Source: an uncultured Spirochaetia bacterium (GTDB lineage: Bacteria > Desulfobacterota_D > UBA1144 > Nemesobacterales > CSP1-2). From it: DNA of 62,635 nucleotides. The DNA lies in NCBI GenBank assembly GCA_964636885.1, contig CAZWVA010000001.1:52228-114862 (forward strand), read 5' to 3'. The notes beneath the pieces are model-generated. The model did no database searches and was not told the origin of the DNA. It saw only the letters and a program-made list of their open reading frames with translations. The position numbers and the translations under genes are program-made. How positions within the stretch are numbered: position 1 is the stretch's first letter; every line of letters begins with the position of its first letter. Below, in pieces: positions 19,848-28,779 of the stretch.

Positions 19848-21269
19848 ATGCAGAAAGAAGGGTTCAGAATCGAAACCGATTCTATGGGGGAGATGGAGGT
19901 TCCCGCTTCCGCTTACTACGGTGCCCAGACGGCAAGGGCGATAGAGAACTTCCCTATAAGCGGAATCCGTTTCCCAAGGCAGTTTATAAGGGCGATGGGG
20001 ATGATAAAATTCGCCGCGGCAGAGGTAAACATGGAGCTTGGGCTCCTTACTAAAAAGGTGGGCAGGGCTATAACCAAAGCGGCAAAAGAGGTGATAGAGG
20101 GAAGATTAGATGACCACTTCGTCCTCGACATATTCCAGACGGGTTCCGGAACCTCGACAAACATGAACACAAACGAGGTCATTGCGAACCGTGCGAATGA
20201 GATCCTTGGAGGGAAGATAGGGGATAGGAGACCGGTTCATCCGAACGACCATGTGAACATGGGGCAATCCAGTAACGACGTGATCCCTACGGCGATCCAC
20301 GTATCCGCACTCGAATTGATTGAGAAGGGGCTTTTACCGGCGCTTAAGAGGCTTCAGGCGGCACTCGCCAAAAAGGCAAGGGAGTTTGACAGGATCGTGA
20401 AGATAGGACGCACCCACCTTCAAGATGCGACCCCTATCAGGCTCGGACAGGAATTCAGCGGATACGCAAGCCAGATCGAGCACGGGATAAGAAGGATAGA
20501 GAATGTGAAGAAACACCTCTCTGAGCTTGCCATTGGTGGGACTGCCGTAGGAACCGGGGTGAACTCCCATCCTGAGTTTGGAAGACGCATGGCGAAGAAG
20601 CTGAGTCAGATGACGGGGGTCAGTTTCAAGGAGGCGGAGAATCACTTTGAGGCACAGGCGGCAAAGGACGCCGTGGTTGAGGCAAGCGGTGCGCTAAAAA
20701 CGGTCGCGGTAAGCCTCATGAAAATAGCAAACGACATAAGGTGGCTTGGAAGTGGACCCCGTTGCGGTATAGGGGAGATTATGCTTCCCCCGGTTCAGCC
20801 TGGCTCATCCATAATGCCTGGTAAGGTAAACCCTGTTATAGCCGAGTCGGTCTGCCAGGTAGCGGCACAGGTCATAGGAAACGACGTGGCTATCACAGTG
20901 GGGGGGCAATCCGGGAACTTTGAACTAAACGTGATGATGCCCCTTATGGCCCATAACCTCCTCCAGTCCATAGTCCTCCTGACAAACGTCTCTAATGTCT
21001 TTACAGACAAGTGTATAGTCGGTATCAAGGCCGATAGGAAGAGATGTGAGAATATGATCGAGCAGAGCCTTGCCATGTGTACGGTACTTGCCCCTATAAT
21101 CGGTTATGATGCCGCCGCAAAGCTCGCCAAGGAGGCGTATGAGACGGGGAAGACGGTAAGACAGGTCGCCCTTGAGAAGAAGGTTCTTCCCGAAGACGAA
21201 CTCAATAGGGTTCTTGACCCCTGGTCTATGACAGTACCGGGAGTTACGAGTTGGAGCGCAGGTGGATAG
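19848..21269 (+). CDS. fumC: Class II fumarate hydratase
   Basis: RIETDSMG, QTGSGTSTNMN, GRTHLQDATP, GSSIMPGKVNP. Confidence 0.93.
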   Translation: MQKEGFRIETDSMGEMEVPASAYYGAQTARAIENFPISGIRFPRQFIRAMGMIKFAAAEVNMELGLLTKKVGRAITKAAKEVIEGRLDDHFVLDIFQTGSGTSTNMNTNEVIANRANEILGGKIGDRRPVHPNDHVNMGQSSNDVIPTAIHVSALELIEKGLLPALKRLQAALAKKAREFDRIVKIGRTHLQDATPIRLGQEFSGYASQIEHGIRRIENVKKHLSELAIGGTAVGTGVNSHPEFGRRMAKKLSQMTGVSFKEAENHFEAQAAKDAVVEASGALKTVAVSLMKIANDIRWLGSGPRCGIGEIMLPPVQPGSSIMPGKVNPVIAESVCQVAAQVIGNDVAITVGGQSGNFELNVMMPLMAHNLLQSIVLLTNVSNVFTDKCIVGIKADRKRCENMIEQSLAMCTVLAPIIGYDAAAKLAKEAYETGKTVRQVALEKKVLPEDELNRVLDPWSMTVPGVTSWSAGG

Positions 21270-21299
21270 ATAGAACGGTTGGTTATCTGAGATTCCGGA

Positions 21300-21327
21300 G
21301 TAGGGGCGATTCATAAATCGTCCCTAC
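21300..21327. repeat. GTAG-family REP palindrome
   Basis: GTAGGGGCGATTCATAAATCGTCCCTAC hairpin with GTAG/CTAC ends. Confidence 0.75.
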
Positions 21328-21355
21328 CATAGAGTCCCGAGGAGGATAAAAAGGG

Positions 21356-22141
21356 ATGAACGTAAAGAGGCTTTTTGACCTTACAGGCCAAGTGGCCATA
21401 GTTACGGGCGGGTACACCGGGATAGGGAGGCAGATGGCAGAAGGGCTTGCAGAAGCCGGAGCAGATCTCGTTATATGTGCAAGGAATCTTGAGGGATGCC
21501 ATCAGGCAGCAGAGGAGATCAGTAAAAGTACGGGGGTTAAAACCCTTCCTCTTAGATGCGATGTTGGAAGTCCTACCGATGTGGAGGCCGCAGTAAAGGA
21601 AACACTAAATATATTCGGGAAGATAGACATACTCGTTAATAACGCCGGGATAGCGATGGGCGGACTCCCCGAGGATACGGAGCTCAAGGATTGGGAAAGC
21701 GTGCTAAGGGTGAACCTAACGGGGACATTTCTTTGCTGCAGGGAGGTGGGGAGGTTTATGATTAAGGCAAGAAGGGGGAAGATCATTAACGTAGCCTCGA
21801 TAATGGGATTTCAGACCACGGGGCTTGTAAGCGCTCCTGCCTACGTAACGACCAAAGGAGGAATTATCGCCCTTACAAGGGACCTCGCCGTGAGGTGGAT
21901 TTGCCATAACATAAACGTAAACGCCATAGCCCCGGGCTGGTTTCCGACTAATATGACAGACCCCGTTCTTAGCCAGGATAAGATGGGAAAGGGAGACGAA
22001 CTCCTTCGCTCTATTCCAGCAGGGAGGTTTGGCGGGGAAGACGACCTCAAGGGGGTTACGGTTCTCCTCGCCTCCACGGCATCGGATTACATAGTGGGGC
22101 AGGTAATAGTCGTAGACGGTGGTACACTGGCCAGGTATTAG
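21356..22141 (+). CDS. Short-chain dehydrogenase/reductase (gluconate 5-dehydrogenase-like)
   Basis: TGGYTGIG, NNAG, YVTTKGG, PGWFPT. Confidence 0.88.
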   Translation: MNVKRLFDLTGQVAIVTGGYTGIGRQMAEGLAEAGADLVICARNLEGCHQAAEEISKSTGVKTLPLRCDVGSPTDVEAAVKETLNIFGKIDILVNNAGIAMGGLPEDTELKDWESVLRVNLTGTFLCCREVGRFMIKARRGKIINVASIMGFQTTGLVSAPAYVTTKGGIIALTRDLAVRWICHNINVNAIAPGWFPTNMTDPVLSQDKMGKGDELLRSIPAGRFGGEDDLKGVTVLLASTASDYIVGQVIVVDGGTLARY

Positions 22142-22155
22142 AATCCCAACGGTTA

Positions 22156-22569
22156 CTAATCTACTATGGGTGTGGCTCCCAAGATCTCTATCCGGCTCGG
22201 ATTCATAAACTGGGATGCAACGCCAAGGGGTGTACCCCCCTTTAGATAGGTTTCCTTGCTATGAGGAGGCAGGGTGATTGGCAGTATCCCGGTCTCTTGG
22301 CTTATCGTTATACCCTCCTGGGAGGGCGATGTAGAGGTGTAGTATACCCTTATCCTAATGTTTCTATAGGCTACATCACCCGTATTCTCGATTGTGACGT
22401 GATGGATGATAGCTACCGCACTCCATGTCGCATAGATGTACCAGTCGGTAATCCTTATATACCACTCCGGGTGCTGAATCATAGGGTTTTTGCTTCCAGT
22501 TTCATTGGCTTTTACGACTGTAGTTAAAAGACAGAGTGCTATCAAAGCCTTTCTCCCTATCTGTTTCAT
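22156..22569 (-). CDS. Hypothetical secreted beta-sandwich protein (FxLYD-like)
   Basis: Signal peptide; VTIENTGDVAYRNIRIRVYY, LPPHSKET pattern. Confidence 0.5.
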   Translation of the reverse strand: MKQIGRKALIALCLLTTVVKANETGSKNPMIQHPEWYIRITDWYIYATWSAVAIIHHVTIENTGDVAYRNIRIRVYYTSTSPSQEGITISQETGILPITLPPHSKETYLKGGTPLGVASQFMNPSRIEILGATPIVD

Positions 22570-22752
22570 TGCCGTTTATTCGAGTTTATGCCCTTAATGG
22601 CATTTCGATTCTTTAATCGGTGATAAGAAACTACTGCGCTGGGGTTTATTCCTAAATCGAATCTTCAAAAACCATAAAAGCCTGTGTTTGTTCTATCACA
22701 TTATACAATAAAAGGTGTTATTCTAGAATGACGCCTCTTCATGGAGTGAACT

Positions 22753-23274
22753 ATGAGGAATCTCCTATGGGGACTATTGGCGGGCTTTACGGCGACTTTG
22801 GTAATGACCGTCGCTATGTCTTTAGGGCGCTTCTATTTGGGAACCCCCTTTATTCCCGAACTCATCGCTCAGGGGCTGTTTTTAAATGACTCAACCGATT
22901 CGTTCGGTTTCTCATCCTCTGTTCTTGGAGATTACCCAACATACAAAGCCCTTGCCTTGGCATTTGCGGTTTACTTATTGACTGGATCCGTTCTTGGATC
23001 GGTTTTCTTCTGTATTTGGAAGGCGATAGAATTTAAGGTTCCGATTTTACTTGCGCTTCTCTATTCCTCTCTCCTCTGGTTTCTCTTGTCGTCTCTATTC
23101 CTTCCACTTCTCGGTTTTGGATTTTTCGGAAGGTTCTTTGCAGGAGTTCCGGTAATCCTGGAGGCGGCACTCCTTGTTTCTTATTTTGTCTACGGCCTTA
23201 TTCTGTATCTATTTTCTCTCGGAGTGGAGAAAAAAAGTAGGACGAGAAGGGCATTAGAGGCAAAGACGGAATAA
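22753..23274 (+). CDS. Hypothetical membrane protein (4-5 TM)
   Basis: Hydrophobic segments; N-terminal GLLAGFTATLVMTVAM..PFIPELIA. Confidence 0.5.
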   Translation: MRNLLWGLLAGFTATLVMTVAMSLGRFYLGTPFIPELIAQGLFLNDSTDSFGFSSSVLGDYPTYKALALAFAVYLLTGSVLGSVFFCIWKAIEFKVPILLALLYSSLLWFLLSSLFLPLLGFGFFGRFFAGVPVILEAALLVSYFVYGLILYLFSLGVEKKSRTRRALEAKTE

Positions 23275-23278
23275 CGAT

Positions 23279-23609
23279 GGAGGTTTTTAGGTTTGGGATG
23301 GGGCCTCTTCTTATGATTCAACCCGTGGTTCCGTGTCTACGTGGATAGTAAACATAACTAGAAGCAGGGCGATTGATGGATTGCGAATCCTGAGTTTCAG
23401 AAAGTTCGATAACGAGATAAACGAGGAAAGGATAAGCCACAAACTGGACTTTATAAGAATAATATGAAGAGAGGGATGAAAGAAAGACCGTAATTCAAAA
23501 AGCACTGGATGCCCTGCCCAAAGAGCAGGGGATTGCCATAGAGATGGTTTACTTTGAAGGATTCACCCATATTGAGATCGCAAAGAAGCGGGTTTTCCCT
23601 CTTTCTTAA
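23279..23609 (+). pseudogene. ECF sigma factor remnant (SigK-like)
   Basis: Broken frames give VWDGASSYDSTRGSVSTWIVNITRSRAIDGLR (region 2) and ALDALPKEQGIAIEMVYFEGFTHIEIAK (region 4). Confidence 0.7.
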
Positions 23610-23903
23610 GTCACCTAGGCCGTGGGTAGGCCTTACGGACAGGTGTGCGGCTTAAAAAAATCCGAAATCGGATTTTCAGCGTATATCCCAACACGAGGGA
23701 ATCATTCTGGGGAATTGGAATCACGGATATAGAATAATATGGACTATTTTCAAGTACCTATATAATAGCGAATTATGAATTCACTCAGCGACCGCCACCA
23801 GCGAGGGGACAATTGGTACCTGAATACCATTTGCTTTATATCTCCCCTGTGTTTTATATTTAAGGTATGAGAGAGAAGAAGGAAGAAAAACGGGGGAAAG
23901 AAA

Positions 23904-24254
23904 ATGACAGGAAAGACTCCAAGGAAACCCTCTAAGGGTCTTAAAGAGGGCGGTATTAAGAAGGAATACCTAAAGTCCAAGCCCGTGTGCAAGGTTACTT
24001 TCAAACTACCAAAGGAGGCGGCACCAGAGGCTAAAGGCGTAACAATCGTCGGGGATTTTAATAACTGGAATAGAGAGGCAACACCGATGAGGAGGCTTAA
24101 AAACGGTGATTTCACGGTAACTCTGAACTTGGAAACCGGAAGGGAGTACAGGTTCAAATATCTCATTGATGGCAAACGCTGGGAAAACGACTGGCACGCG
24201 GATAGGTATGAGCCGAATATCTACGGAACGGATGATTCTGTAGTGGTTATTTGA
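23904..24254 (+). CDS. Stand-alone isoamylase early-set / CBM48 glycogen-binding domain protein
   Basis: CKVTFKLP, IVGDFNNWN, EYRFKYLIDG..WENDW.AD motifs. Confidence 0.8.
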   Translation: MTGKTPRKPSKGLKEGGIKKEYLKSKPVCKVTFKLPKEAAPEAKGVTIVGDFNNWNREATPMRRLKNGDFTVTLNLETGREYRFKYLIDGKRWENDWHADRYEPNIYGTDDSVVVI

Positions 24255-24364
24255 TCATGAGTCTCTTTTTATATCTCCTCTCTTATTCTTAAGAGTGGAT
24301 TCCATGGGCTGTATTATTTCTTCACCTAAATGGAAATACCGATAAATTGCCTCATGTCTCTTAA

Positions 24365-24796
24365 ATGGAAGGAGGGATTTAAACGAGGGAAGAGTGGCCT
24401 TTATCGTCCCTTCTAGCTTCGACTATGTTGCCCCAGAGTGGGGCGTATGACGTGCCGGAGGGATAGCGGTTCCTCTCTGCGTTACCCATCCCGATAGGGA
24501 GTTGGAATACGTACTCGATTGACAGTCAAGCGGTACTCCGCACCCATCTCAATATACTGGAGTGCGCCGTTGTTGGGATAAGGGATCCGGAATGGGGGAG
24601 CGCGTCTCCGCCTGCTTGTACTCAAGGATGGATGTACATTAACCCTTGAGTCGCTTAGGCGGTGGGCAAGGGAAAGGCTTGCCGTATATAAGATACAACT
24701 CAGATGTTGGTGCTTGACAAACTCCCCCGTAATGCGATGGACAAGGTCACAAAGCCAGAGGTGGTTCGTCTATTTGAGGTCTCGGGTTCCCCTTAA
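24365..24796 (+). pseudogene. Internally deleted acyl-CoA synthetase (MatB/ACSF3-like) remnant
   Basis: RVAFIVPSSFDYV..WGV*RAGGIAVPLCVTHPDRELEYVLD joined to RLAVYKI..LVLDKLPRNAMDKV.K. Confidence 0.7.
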
Positions 24797-27700
24797 TGGG
24801 ACCGTCTCTCCTTCATTCTAATCAGGTATTTCCTTCCCTCCTCGGCAAGGAAGATAAGCGGGGTGAATAGGAATAGAAAAGCCCAATCCACGGGATTCAG
24901 AGAAGAGGTATGAAATACCTTTTGAAGAGGAGGGAGATAGACGATCATGCCTATTAGAAGAATCTCAACCACAATTCCAAGGAGAACCAGACGGTTACTT
25001 AGAAGACCCGTTTTAAATACAGACTCCCTTTCCGTACGGCAGGCAAAGACGTTTCCAATCTGAGTTGCTATTATCCCTGCAAGACACATGGTCGTGGCCT
25101 TTAGGTATATCGGGCCGAGTGGTGTTAATTCCGTTCCGGGACGCCATCCAGAGGAGTAATAGGCAAATAGGTAACCCGACATGCAGGCCACGGCTTCAAT
25201 GATTCCCAGAAAACAATAGGCCCTAAGGAGTAGCGGCAGGTCTAAGAGCCTTTTCTTTAAGGATCTGGGGGGTTGATTCATAATACCCGGTTCGGGATGT
25301 TCGGCTCCTAGTCCAAGAGCGGGGATGAGGTCGGTACCGAGGTCAACGGCCAATATCTGCATTATAGTAAGGGGCAAGGGGATCTTAAGGAGGACAAAGA
25401 GGATAAAGGGGACTATTTCGGGAACATTGGAGGCAAATATGTAGGTCACGAATTTCTTTATATTTGAGTATATGGCTCTTCCCTCCTCGATCCCGGAGAC
25501 TATGCTCGCAAAGTTGTCATCTGTAAGGATTATGGTTGCGGCCTCCCTTGCGACGTCTGTGCCGCGAAGACCCATTGCGATGCCAACGTGCGCCTTTTTA
25601 AGGGCCGGGGCGTCATTAACACCGTCTCCCGTGACTGCAACTACCTCTCCCATCTCCTTGAGTGTATCCACTATCCTCATCTTGTGCCCTGGGGAAACCC
25701 TCGCAAATATGACCTCTTTTCCCCTGAGGGCCTCTCTTAACTCTTCGTCCTTCATTTCGTTAATATCCGTCCCCGTGATTATACGCACATCTCCGTCCTT
25801 TACCAAACCGATTTCCCTTGCGATGGATAGTGCAGTAAGACCGTAGTCGCCTGTAATCATAATGATTCTGATCCCGGCGCTCCGACAAAGGCTTACGGCC
25901 CCAGGAACCTCGGGGCGGGGAGGATCCATCATGCCCGTAAGCCCTACGAATGTGAGTCCGCCTTCAACCTCACTTACGGAATAAGTACGCTTTTTCTCCA
26001 CCTCTTTATAGGCCAGGCCGAGGACCCTTAGCCCCTCCCTGGCGAAGTCATCGAGATGCCGTAGGATGGTGCTTCGGATCTCGTCCGTTAAGGGATGTCT
26101 TTTACCGTCCAGGTAAACAGAGTCGCAAAGGGAGAGGACCTCGCGAGGTGCCCCTTTTACGTTGGCCGAGGCTCTATCACCACCTAAATCGTTTATGGTT
26201 GACATGCGCTTCCTTACCGAATCGAAGGAGAGTTGAAAGATCCTGGGATTCCTATTCCTTATCTCCCTGTAGTCGAGGCCCGCCTTCTTGGCAAGCACAA
26301 GAAGCGCTCCCTCCGTTGGGTCGCCCGCGATGCCCCAGAGTGGTTTTTCCTCTGTGGGTGGGAGGAGCTCTGCGTTATTGGAAAGGATACCTATACTGAG
26401 AGGTACCTTTATTCCCAGGGATACTATATCTTTCTCTGATAGGGGGGAGCCGTTATATAGTATCTCTCCGGTTGGCTCATAGCCAGCTCCCTTTATCTCA
26501 AATAGCCTGTTATTAAACCAGAGCTTTACTACGCTTACCTGATTCTTGGTAAGTGTGCCGGTCTTATCCGTGCAGATAACCGTTGTGCACCCAAGTGTTT
26601 CTACGGAGGAGAGGCGTTTTACTATTACATGTCTATTTGCCATTCTCTGTACGGCCATGGCGAGCGCCAGGCTCACCGTGGGCAGAAGCCCCTCTGGGAC
26701 GTTAGCAACGATGATCCCTATTGCGAATATAAAGCTCTCAAAGGCTGTAAGATGGGCGATGTGATTGCCGAGGAAGAAGAATAAGATCCCCATACTCAGG
26801 GCCAAGACACTTACCACCTTGGTTACCCTTACCATCTCCTTCTGAAGTGGGCTTAGCTCCTCCTTTATAACCTGGGTGAGCCTTGCGATCTTTCCTATCT
26901 CTGAGTGCATCCCAGTGGCAATAACTATGGCCTTCCCATATCCGGAGAGGATGCTCGTTCCTCCAAAAACGAGATTCGGCATCTCGGTCCAAAGGAAATT
27001 CCTACCATCAAAAACCGGCTCGGCTATCTTGTATATAGGCCGTGATTCCCCTGTAAGGGCGGAGTTATCGACACGCATATCATAGGCCTCAAAGAGTCTC
27101 CCATCCGCTGGCACCCTATCTCCCTCTTCAAGGAGTATTACGTCTCCAGGAACTATTTGGGAGGTTGGTATCTTCTTTTCCTCCCCTCCCCTTAAGACGA
27201 GGCTGTAGGATGGGATGAGTTCCCTAAGGGCCTCGACGGCCTTTTCAGCCTTGTATTCCTGCAGGAAGGAAAATGCCCCGTTAACTAAGATGACGGCGAG
27301 AATCGCCCAACCGAGCTGTGGCATTTTGGCTATAAAGGCTAGGATCCCAGCTACCCAAAGGAGTACCGCAAAAAAATTTGTGAGGTTTGCCATGAAGCGG
27401 AGAAAAAGGGGTTTCCCCTGGATTCTCTCAAGCGCATTTAGTCCGTACTTATGGAGCCTCCTTTTTGCCTCTTCTTCGGTGAGCCCTTCTTTGGTTGTTC
27501 CGAGTTCAAGCAAGATCTCCTCTATAGAGAGGTTTATGTATACGTCTAGTCCCATTCTTTCCGCATTGAGGATCTCATACATCAACTCCTCCCTGCTGTT
27601 TGCGGAGAGAAGGGCGTCGCGTATTCTCTTATTCTGGAAGAGCCCCTCCGCTTTTGAGAGGATCTGAAGGTAGGCTTCGCTCTCCTCTAGTGGGGACAAA

Positions 27701-28005
27701 AAGAGGAATAGGATTCGTATGGTTCTTTTCCCTTTGGGCTCGAACTCCACACCAGACCTCGATACGGCCAAACAGGCAACCGCTTTCTCTATCCCTTCAA
27801 CCATGGCGTGTAGTAGCGCCACCCCGTCCAGTAGGGTAATGGATATGCCCTTTTCCTTACCCAGGAGTGTAATCATCCCTTCTGGATTCTCGATCCTTCC
27901 GGCCTTGTATAGTGTGTTTACGAGTTCCCTAATCGCTTCTTCTTTTCCACTTGCCTTGAGGTTGGGTTCGATTGTGTTTTTATCCAATATGTCTGAGATC
28001 TTCAT
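24793..28005 (-). CDS. Cation-transporting P-type ATPase (type II, Na/K-like) with N-terminal PTS EIIA-like domain
   Basis: DKTGTLT, TGES, GDGVND; TM motifs VANVPEGL, SNVPE, DLGTD; first ~150 aa resemble PTS_EIIA_2 with GVALLH. Confidence 0.88.
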   Translation of the reverse strand: MKISDILDKNTIEPNLKASGKEEAIRELVNTLYKAGRIENPEGMITLLGKEKGISITLLDGVALLHAMVEGIEKAVACLAVSRSGVEFEPKGKRTIRILFLFLSPLEESEAYLQILSKAEGLFQNKRIRDALLSANSREELMYEILNAERMGLDVYINLSIEEILLELGTTKEGLTEEEAKRRLHKYGLNALERIQGKPLFLRFMANLTNFFAVLLWVAGILAFIAKMPQLGWAILAVILVNGAFSFLQEYKAEKAVEALRELIPSYSLVLRGGEEKKIPTSQIVPGDVILLEEGDRVPADGRLFEAYDMRVDNSALTGESRPIYKIAEPVFDGRNFLWTEMPNLVFGGTSILSGYGKAIVIATGMHSEIGKIARLTQVIKEELSPLQKEMVRVTKVVSVLALSMGILFFFLGNHIAHLTAFESFIFAIGIIVANVPEGLLPTVSLALAMAVQRMANRHVIVKRLSSVETLGCTTVICTDKTGTLTKNQVSVVKLWFNNRLFEIKGAGYEPTGEILYNGSPLSEKDIVSLGIKVPLSIGILSNNAELLPPTEEKPLWGIAGDPTEGALLVLAKKAGLDYREIRNRNPRIFQLSFDSVRKRMSTINDLGGDRASANVKGAPREVLSLCDSVYLDGKRHPLTDEIRSTILRHLDDFAREGLRVLGLAYKEVEKKRTYSVSEVEGGLTFVGLTGMMDPPRPEVPGAVSLCRSAGIRIIMITGDYGLTALSIAREIGLVKDGDVRIITGTDINEMKDEELREALRGKEVIFARVSPGHKMRIVDTLKEMGEVVAVTGDGVNDAPALKKAHVGIAMGLRGTDVAREAATIILTDDNFASIVSGIEEGRAIYSNIKKFVTYIFASNVPEIVPFILFVLLKIPLPLTIMQILAVDLGTDLIPALGLGAEHPEPGIMNQPPRSLKKRLLDLPLLLRAYCFLGIIEAVACMSGYLFAYYSSGWRPGTELTPLGPIYLKATTMCLAGIIATQIGNVFACRTERESVFKTGLLSNRLVLLGIVVEILLIGMIVYLPPLQKVFHTSSLNPVDWAFLFLFTPLIFLAEEGRKYLIRMKERRSH

Positions 28006-28055
28006 CTCTTAGTGGCCTCTTGGATCTCGGTCTTGGGTTTTTTCATTCCCATGGA

Positions 28056-28071
28056 TGCAAAAAGGAGACCA
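28056..28071 (-). promoter_or_regulatory. sigma54 (-24/-12) promoter of the P-type ATPase
   Basis: TGGTCT-CCTTT-TTGCA, exact GG-N10-GC spacing. Confidence 0.6.
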
Positions 28072-28178
28072 AAGGTCGTGTTATTAAGGTTTATACCCTC
28101 TTTTCTACTATAATCTCCCTTTTTCCGGTTTCCTTTGGGATTATAATCTCCATAAAGCCCGGTAGAAGAGAGGTCTTC

Positions 28179-28202
28179 TGTAAGATTTTCTGACACCTGA
28201 CA
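28179..28202. promoter_or_regulatory. Upstream activator-like palindrome, site 1
   Basis: TGTAAGATTTTCTGACA followed by CCTGACA. Confidence 0.75.
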
Positions 28203-28244
28203 CCTTCTTAAGCCTTAATCCCAACAAAATAGTACAGATTCCAT

Positions 28245-28260
28245 TGGCATTCTTCTTGCA
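28245..28260 (+). promoter_or_regulatory. sigma54 promoter of the CBS-cco-cba operon
   Basis: TGGCAT-TCTTC-TTGCA. Confidence 0.8.
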
Positions 28261-28297
28261 AATTTTGAAGAAACGACTAGGTTGAGAGGCCTACAAA

Positions 28298-28678
28298 ATG
28301 ATCGTAAAGAAATACATGACCCCAAATCCCGTTACCGTGACCCCTGAAGATGACGTTAGGGCCACATTCAATCTGCTATTTGAACACGGTTTTCGTCAGG
28401 CTCCGGTGGTTAAGGATGGAAAGCTTGTAGGCATAGTTACGGACAGGGATCTGCGAACGGCCATTGCACACATAACCCCCGAGTCCCATATTACCGTAGG
28501 AGATGTTATGACATCTGACCCTATTACCGTTACTGAGTATACGAGTATAGAAAAGGCCGCTCGAATGATCTGCCATCACAAGTTCAACGCCCTACCGGTT
28601 ACCTCCGATATGGGTGAATTGGTGGGGATTATAACTACGATCGATATACTCGAAGGTTTACTTGATGTCTATGTGTAG
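28298..28678 (+). CDS. CBS domain-containing protein (AcuB-like)
   Basis: Two CBS repeats: MTPNPVTV, PVVKDGKLVGIVTDRDLR, LVGIITTIDIL. Confidence 0.9.
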   Translation: MIVKKYMTPNPVTVTPEDDVRATFNLLFEHGFRQAPVVKDGKLVGIVTDRDLRTAIAHITPESHITVGDVMTSDPITVTEYTSIEKAARMICHHKFNALPVTSDMGELVGIITTIDILEGLLDVYV

Positions 28679-28779
28679 GAAGAAACCGTCGAATAGAAGG
28701 GATGAGATCCACGTAATAAGACGGAGAGAAAGGGACCGGCTGCCAGTGCTGGGTGTTTATGAAGGGAGAGTACGGTTAG

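Noticed and set aside
22685-22700. CRP/FNR-like TGTTT-N6-TCACA site
   Set aside because: Single imperfect match in AT-rich DNA with no supporting copies
23311-23505. 64-aa minus-strand ORF
   Set aside because: Antisense to the ECF sigma relic, which explains the sequence
23657-23676. 8-4-8 palindrome AAAATCCG-AAAT-CGGATTTT
   Set aside because: Isolated; most simply a terminator-like hairpin after the sigma relic
23750-24175. 141-aa minus-strand ORF
   Set aside because: Antisense to the CBM48 protein
28002-28196. 64-aa ORF upstream of the P-type ATPase
   Set aside because: Overlaps a sigma54 promoter and enhancer site; low-complexity, no family
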